64,000 bases of DNA from an uncultured delta proteobacterium (GCA_963769935.1 CAVYNY010000016.1:96001-160000), one strand, 5' to 3'; positions 11,300-21,256 are shown, counted from the stretch's first letter. The notes: a model not told the origin generated them from the letters alone. Made by a program: numbers and translations.

Positions 11300-11625
11300 A
11301 AAGGTTTCAGGTGTCAATAAAGAAAAAGACGACAGAAGTCAGAAGCCGGATGACAGAAGACAGATGGCAGAGGACCGAAAATAGAAGGTGAGAAGATAAG
11401 AAGGTGAGAGGGTGAGAGGGTGAGAGGGTGAGAAGATGGGAAGCGGGTTGAAGTTATTGGTTATTAGCCTTTAGGAGACGAAGTTAAAAAGGGAACCACC
11501 ACGGAACAGAAGAATATCTGATTTCGATGTCCTACGGTGCCTTGTGACTATGAACTATGAGCTATCTGCTACGAGCTCATCTATCTGAACCCTGAACCCA
11601 AAACATCCAGCATCAAGTATCCAGT
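11300..11625. repeat. Composite tract of 7- and 8-nt tandem repeats (GACAGAA, GAGGGTGA, CTATGAR, CTGAACC, CATCCAG)
   Basis: gacagaagtcagaagccggatgacagaagacagat; gaaggtgagagggtgagagggtgagagggtgag; actatgaactatgagctat; catccagcatcaagtatccag. Confidence 0.75.
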
Positions 11626-11637
11626 AGGAGGAGTGTC

Positions 11638-13317
11638 ATGACAATATACGGGTGGGTTATTCTAGCGGTCATTATTGCGATAATCCTCATCGCGGTGGGG
11701 ATCTGGTTCATCCGGTCCTTTTATCGCCGATCGTCTAAGGAAATCGCCTTCGTTCGCACGGGACTGGGGGGGCAGAAGGTCATCATCGATGGTGCCGCCT
11801 TTGTTTTTCCGATTTTTCACGATGTCACCGAAGTCCATCTCAATACCCTGCGGCTGTCGGTGGTGCGTGATAATGAGAATGCATTGATCTCCAAGGACCG
11901 CATGCGCGCTGACGTGGCCGTGGATTTTTACATTCGTGTCCACAAAGAGGTCGACAGCGTCACCATTGCCGCCCAGACCCTCGGGCGCAAGACAGGCAAG
12001 CCCGACGAACTGCGAGAGATGATGGAGGGCAAATTCGTCGACGCACTGCGGGCCACGGCCGCCGGCATGACCTTGGAAATGCTCCACGAGAAACGCAGTC
12101 AATTCGTTCAGGCCGTGGGACAGGCCGTGGCTGAATCCCTGACCAAGAACGGGTTCGAACTTGAATCGGCCAGCCTGATCAACCTCGACCAAACCGACAT
12201 GGAGTATTTCAACCCCTCCAATGCCTTTGATGCCGAGGGCTTGACCCGGTTGACGGACGAGATCGAACAGCGCAAGAAGACACGCAACGACATCGAGCAG
12301 GACACCCTGATCCAAATCCGAACCAAGAACTTGGAAACCGAAAAGCAAGGCCTGAATATCGAACGCGAGAGCGAATACGCCCGCTTGGCCCAGGAAAAGG
12401 AGCTGGAGTTCCGCCGCGCTCAGCAGCAGGCTGAATTGGCCCGCGAGCGCGCCGAGCGCAAACGTGAGGCGCAAGTGGCCGACATCATTGCCAACGAGGA
12501 GATCGAGAAGGCCCGCATCGCTTCCGAGCGCCAGCTGAAGCAGGACCGTATCGAGCAGCAGCGGGACATCGAGGCCTTGGAGATCGAACGGCGCAAATTA
12601 ATCGAGCTGGCCGAGCACGCCCGGACGATTGCCGTGGCCGAATCCTCCGAGGCCGAAACAGCGGCACGCGCCAGGGCCGACGATGTGCGTGCGGCGGCCA
12701 TTTCGGCCGAAGAAGCCGTCTTTACTGCCCGGGAGAAGGCCCAGGCGGAGCGCAAAAAACAGGTGGAGCTGATCCTGACGGCTCTGGAGGTGGAAAAGGA
12801 CCAGCTGCGGCAAAAAACCCGCATCGCCACCGAAAAGGCGGTGGCCGCCGAGCAGGCGGACATTGCGCGTATCGAGGCCGATGCCTTTGCCGCAAATGAA
12901 GAAACCCGTTCGAAAGCCTATCGAATTCGGCACCAGGTCGAATCCGAGGGGGTCCGGCTCATGGCCGAGGCCAACAATATCGCCAGCCCCGAGGCGCGGG
13001 TCTCGGCCTTGCGCTTGCGCCTAGTGGAAAAACTCGACGCGATTATCCGCGAGAGCGTCAAGCCCATGGAGAAGATCGAAGGGATCAAGGTGGTTCACTT
13101 AGAAGGCCTGACGGCGCCGGCCGGCGGCGGATCGCCGGACGGTGAAGGCGGGCTCACCGACCGGCTCGTCAGCAGCGCCTTGCGCTACCGCGCCCAGGCT
13201 CCTCTCCTGGACTATCTGTTGGGCGAAATCGGGATCGATGCCGGCAACCCCAGCAAGCTCGCACAGGTTTTGGCTGAACTAAAGAAGGATCGCCCCGAAG
13301 GGGCTAAAGATAAGTAG
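11638..13317 (+). CDS. Flotillin-family SPFH/band-7 protein (YqiK-like)
   Basis: N-terminal TM helix, AFVRTGLGG.KV, LISKD.MR, FNP.NAFDAEG, long Ala/Glu coiled coil, KPMEKI..IK; RBS ggagg. Confidence 0.9.
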   Translation: MTIYGWVILAVIIAIILIAVGIWFIRSFYRRSSKEIAFVRTGLGGQKVIIDGAAFVFPIFHDVTEVHLNTLRLSVVRDNENALISKDRMRADVAVDFYIRVHKEVDSVTIAAQTLGRKTGKPDELREMMEGKFVDALRATAAGMTLEMLHEKRSQFVQAVGQAVAESLTKNGFELESASLINLDQTDMEYFNPSNAFDAEGLTRLTDEIEQRKKTRNDIEQDTLIQIRTKNLETEKQGLNIERESEYARLAQEKELEFRRAQQQAELARERAERKREAQVADIIANEEIEKARIASERQLKQDRIEQQRDIEALEIERRKLIELAEHARTIAVAESSEAETAARARADDVRAAAISAEEAVFTAREKAQAERKKQVELILTALEVEKDQLRQKTRIATEKAVAAEQADIARIEADAFAANEETRSKAYRIRHQVESEGVRLMAEANNIASPEARVSALRLRLVEKLDAIIRESVKPMEKIEGIKVVHLEGLTAPAGGGSPDGEGGLTDRLVSSALRYRAQAPLLDYLLGEIGIDAGNPSKLAQVLAELKKDRPEGAKDK

Positions 13318-13388
13318 AAAATCCAGACCCAGAGGATTCGGCTTTGTTTCATCCCAAAAGGGTTGTGTCTGGCGTCAGATAACTCATG

Positions 13389-13522
13389 GGATAATGGAAT
13401 ATTGAAAATAGCGGCCCAAAAGCGGATAATGATCTAATTTTATTTTCTGATCAGTGCCATCCATATAAAAACAGATCTCATACCGCCAAACCCAACATTC
13501 CAACATTCCATTATTCCAGTAC
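13389..13522. repeat. Octamer-based inverted repeat element (ATTCCAxx)
   Basis: gataatggaatattg ... caacattccaacattccattattccagt. Confidence 0.6.
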
Positions 13523-13598
13523 CCCAGGGCACTCAAACACGGCAAAGCCACATTTTTCTAACCTGGCTCATAGAACCGGGTTTTAGAGGAGGATATAG

Positions 13599-14039
13599 AT
13601 GGTCAAGGTTTATCGGTCCACGGTCCTGAATGCTCCGGCCGATCGAGTGTGGCGGGACCTGCGCGATTTCAACGGGCTTGCCAACTGGCACCCATCTATC
13701 GTAATGAGCCGCATCGAAAACGACCACCCGGCCGACAAGGTCGGGTGCGTCAGAAATTTCCAGCTCAAGGACGGCGCCCGCATCCGGGAAAAACTGCTGT
13801 CACTGTCGGATTACGACTACGCCTGCACCTACACCATACTGGACAGCCCCATGGATGTGAAGGATTACATTGCCACTTTGCGGCTGTTGCCCGTCACCGA
13901 GGGCAATCGCTGCTTCATTGAGTGGTCGGCGGAATTCGAATGCCCGCCGGAAAAGGTTGCTGAGCTGGCCGAAACCGTCGGCGACGGGGTGATTCAGACC
14001 GGGCTCGACGCATTGAAGAAACGCTACGGACAACGATGA
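13599..14039 (+). CDS. SRPBCC (polyketide cyclase/MxaD-like) ligand-binding protein
   Basis: APAD.VW..LRDF....WHP, VGCVR.F.L.DG..IRE.L; RBS gaggagg. Confidence 0.85.
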   Translation: MVKVYRSTVLNAPADRVWRDLRDFNGLANWHPSIVMSRIENDHPADKVGCVRNFQLKDGARIREKLLSLSDYDYACTYTILDSPMDVKDYIATLRLLPVTEGNRCFIEWSAEFECPPEKVAELAETVGDGVIQTGLDALKKRYGQR

Positions 14040-15520
14040 AGATTACCGTCATTCGATCGGCCGTCATTGACGTACCCATCGACCAGCTGTGGGCTGTGCT
14101 GCGCGATTTCAGCAGTCATGACCGGTGGCATCCGGCCGTGGCCCGCAGCCGGATGGAAAACGATGTCGACGGTGACGTGGTCGGCGGGGTGCGACGATTC
14201 AGCCTCAGCGACGGCGCCGAGCTGCGTGAGCAGCTGCTGCGCCACAGCGACCGCGAGTGCACCTTTACTTACAGCATCCTTGACTCGTCCCTGCCTCTAT
14301 TTGACTACGTCGCCACGGTTCGCCTCAAGCCGGTGACCGACGGCAACCGGACCTTCTGGGACTGGCGCTCGCAGTTTCGCGCCCCGGACGATCGCGCCGC
14401 AGAACTGGAAAACCTGGTCGGCCGACAGATTTTCGAGGCCGGATTCACGGGGCTGCATAAGTTTCTGGCCCAGTCGGCGGCGCTCCCCCGAACGCCGGCC
14501 CCTACAGAACCGACTCAGGTGGCCGCGGTCAGCGACCTCCTGCCTTCCAAAGCGGTGGAGGTGGCGGCTTTCGGAGGCCCCGGGGTCATGTTCCTGCGCG
14601 ATGGGACCGTCCCTGCGCCGGGCCCCCGGCAGGTGCGCCTTCGCCAGACCGCGATTGCCGTCAACTTCCTCGATCTCCAGCAGCGCCGGGGAATCGCCGC
14701 GGGCTATGATCTGCCGGGAACGCCGGGGATGGAGGGCGTGGGGTTGATCATCGACGTGGGGCGGCAGGTCCATGGTTTGTTCCCGGGTGACCGCGTCGCC
14801 TACCTGAGCCGGACGCCCGGCGCCTATGTCGACATGCGCTGCATCGATGCCGACGCCTGCATCCCCCTGCCCGACGGCGTATCCGATATGGACGCTTCAA
14901 CATTGCTCAAAGGCGTCACGGCTGCGTTAGTGCTTAGCCGGGTTTTCAGGGCCGCCCCGGGGGCAGCCATCCTGATCCAGGCGGTTGCCGGCGGCGTGGG
15001 CCACCTGCTCAGCCAATGGGCCAAATCCATGGATCTCACTGTCATCGGCACGGTATCTACTGCCGAGAAGGCCAAGTTCAGCCGAGACTGCGGCTGCGAC
15101 TACCCCATTGTGGTCGCAGACGATACCCCCTTAGCGGCCGAAGTGATGCGCATCACCCATGGGCGCGGCGTCGACTACTGGGTTCACAGCAGCGGCGCCC
15201 AGGGACTCGATACCGCCGTCGCCTGCCTGTCTCTCTGCGGACACTGCGCCGTCATCGGCGACCGCGACGGAAAGTCCATCCCCCTGGACGTAACCGTGTT
15301 GAAGCAGCGGTCTCTGACCGTGTCGGCCCCGGTAGGCTTTGACTATTTTGACGATCGGCCCTACCTGCAGCGCCTCGCCCATCAACTGTTCGCCAAGATT
15401 CAAAGCCGCATGATTATCCCCGTCATCGAAGCGTTTCCCCTAAGCCGGGCGGCTGAAGCCCATAATCGAATCGAATCCCGTCAGAACAAGGGTGCCGTCG
15501 TTCTGACCCCGGAAGGGTGA
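14036..15520 (+). CDS. Fusion: SRPBCC domain + NADPH:quinone oxidoreductase-type MDR domain
   Basis: N-term paralogous to upstream SRPBCC; C-term GGP.V, VNF.D, PG.EG.G, GDRV, AVAGGVG, AH..IESR...G.VVL; ATGA overlap. Confidence 0.85.
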   Translation: MKITVIRSAVIDVPIDQLWAVLRDFSSHDRWHPAVARSRMENDVDGDVVGGVRRFSLSDGAELREQLLRHSDRECTFTYSILDSSLPLFDYVATVRLKPVTDGNRTFWDWRSQFRAPDDRAAELENLVGRQIFEAGFTGLHKFLAQSAALPRTPAPTEPTQVAAVSDLLPSKAVEVAAFGGPGVMFLRDGTVPAPGPRQVRLRQTAIAVNFLDLQQRRGIAAGYDLPGTPGMEGVGLIIDVGRQVHGLFPGDRVAYLSRTPGAYVDMRCIDADACIPLPDGVSDMDASTLLKGVTAALVLSRVFRAAPGAAILIQAVAGGVGHLLSQWAKSMDLTVIGTVSTAEKAKFSRDCGCDYPIVVADDTPLAAEVMRITHGRGVDYWVHSSGAQGLDTAVACLSLCGHCAVIGDRDGKSIPLDVTVLKQRSLTVSAPVGFDYFDDRPYLQRLAHQLFAKIQSRMIIPVIEAFPLSRAAEAHNRIESRQNKGAVVLTPEG

Positions 15521-15628
15521 ACCCCGGAAATTTTCCATTTAAAGTGCTCTTCCAGTTTTAATATTTGCGTCAGTCTAATGCTTGGCAGCTGTTGACTTGT
15601 CCAGATATTGCTATGATGAAAGCAGGAA

Positions 15629-18625
15629 CTAGATCCGATAAAGTTTCAGCGGGCTGTCGGCCAATTTTTGATTGGCAGCGTCCAACTTATCTTCACCGGA
15701 TATCACCGCCACCGCCCTGTCTGTCTCCTGCCAATCGAAGTATTTCTCGGCGGCCTGCATCACCTTTTTGCGGGTCAGTGACAAAAGCGCACTTTTGAAC
15801 CGCAGGCGCATCTCGTCGGACAAAGAGATAATTTTCCGGTAAAACGCTTTGCGGGCCGCCGGTCCCGGGGGATCGGGTTTGTCAATTTCAGAGCAAACCT
15901 GCAATACCGCCTCATCGACATCTTCAGCGTCGAACTTGCCCGCCCGAATAAATGCAGCGGCATTGTCAAAGGCATTTAAGGTGGCTACGATGTGGGGGTC
16001 CCGGTAAGAAGCAAAACTGAACAGACCGTCTTCCGGGCTGTATAAAGCGAAACCGCCGTAAGCCCCGCCCTTTTCCCGAATCTCACGGTGCAGATACATG
16101 GAACGCAGAATCTTGCTGATCACGGATAAGGCCGCACTGTCCGCATGTTCCATGCGAACGGTTTCAAAGGCCAGCGCGACGAATGAAACGGCCGAAGAAG
16201 TGCTCCATCCCTCGCGAACCATTTCACTTTCCAGGCTGATGTTCGGCGCAATGAAGCCATCGCCGCTTCCCTCACCGAAACCGCTAAAAACCGAAGTCAA
16301 ATTTTCAACGGCATTCGTCATCGCAGCATCTTCTCCAATTAAGGCCATTTTGAAATTATTTTGGGTGAGCAGCGATTTTCCGATGGCCGCCAGGTCCTTG
16401 GAAATGGCCCCGAGCTTTTGCTGGTCAAGTTCATCGGAAAGCTGCTTGATGGTCTGCAGGTGATGCACCCCACTCCAGATTTCGCCCAGCGCCCGGGTGG
16501 CGGAAAATCGCCGTGAAGCCAGGGAAATCGCCAGTCGATGGCCGTTATGAATGACCATGGATTCCAAGCCGGCCCGATACTCGAGCAGCAGGTTTTTCAG
16601 GCGTATGGTATCGGAAAAATCACACTGGTGCAGCAATTCCCGGATGATATCAAACATCCGGTCCTGATTCCTGAGCAGGCATTTGCCGTTAAAAGAGATA
16701 AAGGGGACGCACTCCCCGGCCGGATCAAAGCGGGTGCGGGAGTGGGTCGACAAACCGATGCCCCCTGTATGGGCATCAATGAGCTGTGCCAGTTCGGCGT
16801 AGTTGCGGCTCCGGGTGCCTATTCTGGAAAAAGCATAACAGAAAAAGGGGGCCAACGGCACCAGGGCCGCGGGCAGTGAACCGGTTCCGGCTGCCGCGGC
16901 AAAGTACACAATACCGGAGGTAGCCTGGTTGTACATGACGGCGTGCAGGCCGTCCTCTGAGCCGCTCGCTTCGATAATGGGAACCGACGGTGGAATATCT
17001 TCCCGCTGCAGCGTGGGAAGGCTGGAAACGTCCTCTTCGGATTCCTGCAGCCGCTGCAACGCTTCCGCGTCCTGTTGAATCAGCTCGATATCGGTCGGCG
17101 ACAGATTCTTTCTGAGGCGGTCAAGCTCGACGTCCTGACGTCTGGCTTCCCGTTCCTCCATCTGTTGATCCGGTGCCAGCGTCAAAAGAATCCGGTGCGG
17201 GTTGTCCAGAAAGTATTTTTTGATTTGGCTTTCAAAAAAAGGGCCCTTGGCCAGCTCGCTTTGCAGTCTGACCAGATCGGCATCAAAATTTAAAATCTTG
17301 AGCGGGTCGCCGCCGTGGAACCAGCTGCCGGAAAATGTCAGCAGCAATTTGATGCCATAAGGGTAAGGCGTGTTGGTGATCTCCTTGCGATGAAACTCAA
17401 TCTGATGTATTGCGGATTCAATCAGCTTTTTTTCAATACCGCCGGCGGCAAGCCGGTTCAGTACGTCCAGAATGATCTCTTCGATCTTGCCGGCGGATGA
17501 CTGCGCGACATCTTTCAAACCGCTGACAAACAGCGAGTCGCGGTTATCGGCTTCAAAACCGGCGCCGTCGCACAGAGCGCTGCCAAGTCCGGCGTCGATC
17601 AGTGCTTTGCGCAGGGGAGAGGCGGAATTGCCGAGCAGGATCTGTTCCAGCAAGGTCAGGGTCAGGATCTCAAACGGTTCCTTGATGTCGGCCGTCAACC
17701 AGGCCAGGCAAACCTGACATTTTTTGCTGGCGTCCTCTTTTTTACTGAACGGATACGGGAAGGTCACCGAGCGCGGATGGTTCCAGCGCGGCTGGGATTC
17801 AACGACTGTTCCGGGCTCAATTCGCTTGAAATTCTTCAGGACCGCAGCGTCAATAAAAGCCAGATGATCTTTAAGGGGCAGGTTGCCGTAGGTATAGAAA
17901 AATGCATTGCTGGGATGGTAATGCTTTCGGTGAAATTCTTTAAGCTGTTCATAGGTTAACGCCGGAATTTCAGCCGGCTCCCCGCCGGAATTAAACCGAT
18001 AGGTGGTCGCGGGGTACAAGGCTTTGAGAATGGAACGTGCCATCACCTGATCCGGCGAAGACATGGCGCCTTTCATTTCATTGTAAACCACGCCTTTGTA
18101 AGTCAATTGAAACGTGTCCGCACCCCGACCCTGCTGGTTTTCTGCAAGCTCCAGGCGGTGCCCCTCCTGTTTAAAGCTGAGCCTTTCAAGTTTGGGGAAA
18201 AATGCAGCATCCAGATAAACATCCATCAGATTGTAGAAATCCTTTCCATTCTGGGTCGAGAAAGGATACATGGTCCAATCCGATGCGGTAAAGGCATTCA
18301 TAAAGGTGCTCAGGCTTCTTTTAAGCATTGAAAAAAACGGATCACGCACCGGATACTTTCGCGAACCGCACAAAACCGTATGTTCAAGGATGTGGGCCAC
18401 GCCGGTGGAATCCTGTGGAACAGTCTTGAAAGCGACGCTGAAGGTGTTTTCTATGTCGCTGTTGCTGATGTGCACATGTTTCGCTCCGGTTCCCGAATGC
18501 TCCAATTCGTAAAAAGTTGAAGTTATCTCCTTCAACGGCTCAATGCGTTCAATGCGATAACCACAGATACAATCACCCTGCTTAAGATCCGGATTAATAG
18601 TGTCCGCTATAGTTTCCATAGTCAC
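15629..18625 (-). CDS. Insulinase-family M16C metallopeptidase (presequence protease PreP-like)
   Basis: GVAHILEH inverted Zn motif, MNAFT..D.T.YPF, KGVVYNEMKG, IREKGGAYG, SYRDP. Confidence 0.92.
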   Translation of the reverse strand: MTMETIADTINPDLKQGDCICGYRIERIEPLKEITSTFYELEHSGTGAKHVHISNSDIENTFSVAFKTVPQDSTGVAHILEHTVLCGSRKYPVRDPFFSMLKRSLSTFMNAFTASDWTMYPFSTQNGKDFYNLMDVYLDAAFFPKLERLSFKQEGHRLELAENQQGRGADTFQLTYKGVVYNEMKGAMSSPDQVMARSILKALYPATTYRFNSGGEPAEIPALTYEQLKEFHRKHYHPSNAFFYTYGNLPLKDHLAFIDAAVLKNFKRIEPGTVVESQPRWNHPRSVTFPYPFSKKEDASKKCQVCLAWLTADIKEPFEILTLTLLEQILLGNSASPLRKALIDAGLGSALCDGAGFEADNRDSLFVSGLKDVAQSSAGKIEEIILDVLNRLAAGGIEKKLIESAIHQIEFHRKEITNTPYPYGIKLLLTFSGSWFHGGDPLKILNFDADLVRLQSELAKGPFFESQIKKYFLDNPHRILLTLAPDQQMEEREARRQDVELDRLRKNLSPTDIELIQQDAEALQRLQESEEDVSSLPTLQREDIPPSVPIIEASGSEDGLHAVMYNQATSGIVYFAAAAGTGSLPAALVPLAPFFCYAFSRIGTRSRNYAELAQLIDAHTGGIGLSTHSRTRFDPAGECVPFISFNGKCLLRNQDRMFDIIRELLHQCDFSDTIRLKNLLLEYRAGLESMVIHNGHRLAISLASRRFSATRALGEIWSGVHHLQTIKQLSDELDQQKLGAISKDLAAIGKSLLTQNNFKMALIGEDAAMTNAVENLTSVFSGFGEGSGDGFIAPNISLESEMVREGWSTSSAVSFVALAFETVRMEHADSAALSVISKILRSMYLHREIREKGGAYGGFALYSPEDGLFSFASYRDPHIVATLNAFDNAAAFIRAGKFDAEDVDEAVLQVCSEIDKPDPPGPAARKAFYRKIISLSDEMRLRFKSALLSLTRKKVMQAAEKYFDWQETDRAVAVISGEDKLDAANQKLADSPLKLYRI

Positions 18626-18700
18626 CCCGTTTTTTCTTGAATTTGTTTTGTGTATTTTGTGGCAGAGGATCTAATTATTTGCTGAAAAACCCACTCAGAG

Positions 18701-18904
18701 AAATGCCTAAAGTTAGAAAATGCCTAAAATGCCTAAAATTGATGAATTCTGGCGATTATATTATCGAAGAAACCCAGAACGCGCTATCAACTATTTTCTT
18801 AATTTCCGCCATTCCATAAGCCAAACAGCGTCCTTTCATAAAAAGTTGAAATGCAGTGACACCGCCATTTTAGGCATTTTAGGCATTTTGCAATTTTAGG
18901 CATT
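18701..18904. repeat. Nonamer-based inverted repeat element (AAATGCCTA/TAGGCATTT)
   Basis: aaatgcctaaagttagaaaatgcctaaaatgcctaaaat ... attttaggcattttaggcattttgcaattttaggcatt. Confidence 0.8.
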
Positions 18905-18920
18905 CATCAGGGCGTCCGTG

Positions 18921-19289
18921 CTAGACTGCGATATAAATCCCTCTGCTTTTGCGTTTTATTTTACCGGTTTTGTTTAAACGAAAAATGATGTTGCGAATTT
19001 TTTTCTCGTCAAAACCGGTTTTGGCCTGAATTTGAGCAAATCCGATGCCTTCTTTGGAATTTCTAATGGTATCGAGCACGATATCCACGGCCATCAACGA
19101 CGCTTTTCTGCGGCCGATCGGAGCTTTGGCACTGTAAGAGTCCATGGATAGATTATTAATCATAGATTCAAGCCGGTCCAGTTTGGCCATCAGGTGGTCA
19201 ACATCTTTTTTGGTGGGGATGTTATAATTATGCATAAAAAATTTGACCATGGCATCAAAACTGATTGGCCTCCCCTTCCTTCTGGGCAT
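18921..19289 (-). CDS. Small basic protein: phasin-like coiled coil + C-terminal winged-helix-like domain
   Basis: RBS aggagg; NIPTKKDVD.L..KLDRLE segment; IQAKTGFDEKKIRNIIFRL...GKIKR..RGIY. Confidence 0.65.
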   Translation of the reverse strand: MPRRKGRPISFDAMVKFFMHNYNIPTKKDVDHLMAKLDRLESMINNLSMDSYSAKAPIGRRKASLMAVDIVLDTIRNSKEGIGFAQIQAKTGFDEKKIRNIIFRLNKTGKIKRKSRGIYIAV

Positions 19290-19308
19290 GGGAACCTCCT
19301 TTGTCAAA

Positions 19309-19390
19309 ATCAGCGACCACCGGCGGAGCTGTGGATATGATGAAGCACCCTGGAAGGGGCCGACGATTTGCTCCGCCGGTGGTCGCTGAT
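19309..19390. repeat. Perfect 21-bp inverted repeat with a 40-nt loop in the 5' leader of the winged-helix gene
   Basis: atcagcgaccaccggcggagc (19309-19329) / gctccgccggtggtcgctgat (19370-19390). Confidence 0.85.
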
Positions 19391-19494
19391 ATATATCAAT
19401 AATTAGAGAATTTTAAATTCATATCCCTACCTTGTGCCTTCGTGTCTTAGTGGCTGGATTTTTACCCACTGTCTAACCCAAAGAAATTACGATA

Positions 19495-19523
19495 AAATTA
19501 AGGAATATTCATCGAAAAGTCAA
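19495..19523 (-). promoter_or_regulatory. Candidate sigma70 promoter for the winged-helix gene
   Basis: Minus strand TTGACT-N17-TAATTT. Confidence 0.4.
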
Positions 19524-19587
19524 GTAATAGCGTTTGTCATAAATATGTTCAGATGTTGGGATTGAAAATATTTTGATTAATTGATAC

Positions 19588-19690
19588 CTAATCCGGATGA
19601 ACCGGAACCAAAAAGCCGACATTAATCACGAAAGGACGAAAACACGGAAAAAATTAAATTTCGTGCTTTCGTGCTTTCGCGTTTTCGTGA
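19588..19690. repeat. CACGAAA/TTTCGTG octamer element, homologous to 42961-43078 in inverted orientation
   Basis: ccggaaccaaaa...gacattaatcacgaaag matches the reverse complement of ctttcgtgattaatgtc...ttttggttccgg; internal tttcgtgctttcgtg arm. Confidence 0.8.
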
Positions 19691-19729
19691 TGAAAACATT
19701 TTTTTATAAAATGGCAAGAGATCTCTATA

Positions 19730-20584
19730 ATGACATCACCCCGAACATTGCTTAAAGCCTGGAACCTCAAACCCAAAAAGTATTTGGGACAGTCTTTTCT
19801 TACTGACCCGTCGATTGCCCGCACGATTATCGCCAGGGCCGACTTATCATCCCAAGATGTGGTTTTGGAGATCGGTGCCGGTTTGGGTGCTTTAACCATC
19901 CCCCTGGCACGGACCGTTAAAAAAGTATATGCCGTAGAAAAAGATAACCAGCTGATTGATTTGCTCAAAACGGAATTGCTGGCCAATCAAATTTCAAATT
20001 GTGAAATCATCTCAGGCAATATTCTTCAGATGGATTTGCGCCAATTTGCAGAATCCGGCGGGCGCAAAATTACGGTGATCGGCAACCTGCCCTACAATAT
20101 TTCTTCCCAGGTAATTATCAAACTGATTCACTCACGCCACGAATTTGAACGCGCGATTTTCATGTTTCAAAAAGAACTGGCCCAACGCATCGCAGCCCGT
20201 CCGGGCGGGAAACAATACGGCCGCATAACGGCCGTGCTGCGATACTGTGCTGATATTCGAACCCTTTTATATGTCAGCACTTCCGCCTTTTATCCGACGC
20301 CGAAAGTGGACTCGGCCGTTATTGAAATCAAATTTAAACCCACAACAGGATACGGCTCCCATGACGAAGCCATGCTGTTTGCCGTCATCAAAGCGGCATT
20401 CGGCAACAGACGCAAAACCTTAAAAAACGCGCTTGCGGCCAGCGGGCTTCAAATCGATTCCCAAATCGCCCTGCAAGCCTTGTCGTCTGCAGGGATCGAC
20501 CCTTCCCGCCGGGCGGAGACTCTGGAACCGTCTGAATTTATATCGCTGGAAATCGGCCTGAGAAAGGCCATGGATAAAGGATAA
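19730..20584 (+). CDS. rsmA: 16S rRNA (adenine-N6,N6)-dimethyltransferase
   Basis: KYLGQSFL, VLEIGAGLG.LT, GNLPYNIS, MFQKE, F.P.PKVDS, F..RRKTL.N, RAETL. Confidence 0.95.
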   Translation: MTSPRTLLKAWNLKPKKYLGQSFLTDPSIARTIIARADLSSQDVVLEIGAGLGALTIPLARTVKKVYAVEKDNQLIDLLKTELLANQISNCEIISGNILQMDLRQFAESGGRKITVIGNLPYNISSQVIIKLIHSRHEFERAIFMFQKELAQRIAARPGGKQYGRITAVLRYCADIRTLLYVSTSAFYPTPKVDSAVIEIKFKPTTGYGSHDEAMLFAVIKAAFGNRRKTLKNALAASGLQIDSQIALQALSSAGIDPSRRAETLEPSEFISLEIGLRKAMDKG

Positions 20585-20810
20585 AGGTGTCAGGTGTCAG
20601 CGCGCAGGCCTCAGAGCGTCCGGTTAGATCAAAGAAGAAAATTTTATGCTGCCTGTCGACGGATTCAAGATATTGTGGGAGCGGTTTTTAACCGCGATAA
20701 ACTCGGTAGGGCTGCCATAGAAAATCGTGGTTGAAAACCACTCCTACCCGGCATAAACTGCTACCGAAAAAATCATCGGTCGCCTGATTTTTCGCTGACA
20801 CCTGAAACCT
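20585..20810. repeat. Element bounded by (A)GGTGTCAG...CTGACACCTGAAACCT containing a GTGGGAG REPIN; homologous to 58525-58970
   Basis: Shared sequence with 58525-58700 including ttgtgggagcggttt...aaccgcgataaactcggt...aaaatcgtggttgaaaaccactccyac. Confidence 0.8.
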
Positions 20811-20959
20811 AAACTCTAAAGGCTGAATCCGGAATCTTGAACCCAGAACCTTGAACCCAGAACCTCTGGACCCGATTTAATGCTTGACCGTCATGTGTAG
20901 TGGTATTAATATTAAACCATCGCGAACTTCTGAAATATCCAACTTTAAAGGAGAATAAA

Positions 20960-21256
20960 ATGGCAGTAAAAATCCTGATTAAGCGTAAAGTCCCCCATGA
21001 AAAGGCCCGCGAAATGATTCCGCTTTTCCGGCAAATGCGGGCCTCCGCCGCAACCCAGTCAGGCTATATCACCGGGGAGACCCTGAGAAGTCTGGATAAT
21101 CCGGAAGAATTCCTGGTCATCAGCACCTGGCAGTCATCTGAGGACTGGAATAAATGGATGCAAAGCGAGGAGCGCAATAAGGTTCAGCGTAAAATCGATG
21201 GATTGCTGGGGGGCGAGACCCGCTACGAAATATACCATTACGGATTTTCAGAGTAG
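20960..21256 (+). CDS. Antibiotic biosynthesis monooxygenase (ABM)-family protein
   Basis: RBS aaggag; GYI.GETL, LVISTW.S.EDW..W..S.ER ferredoxin-like ABM pattern. Confidence 0.8.
   Translation: MAVKILIKRKVPHEKAREMIPLFRQMRASAATQSGYITGETLRSLDNPEEFLVISTWQSSEDWNKWMQSEERNKVQRKIDGLLGGETRYEIYHYGFSE

Noticed and set aside
11300..11625. CRISPR array
   Set aside because: Units are 7-8-nt tandem repeats with no regular repeat-spacer structure and no cas genes
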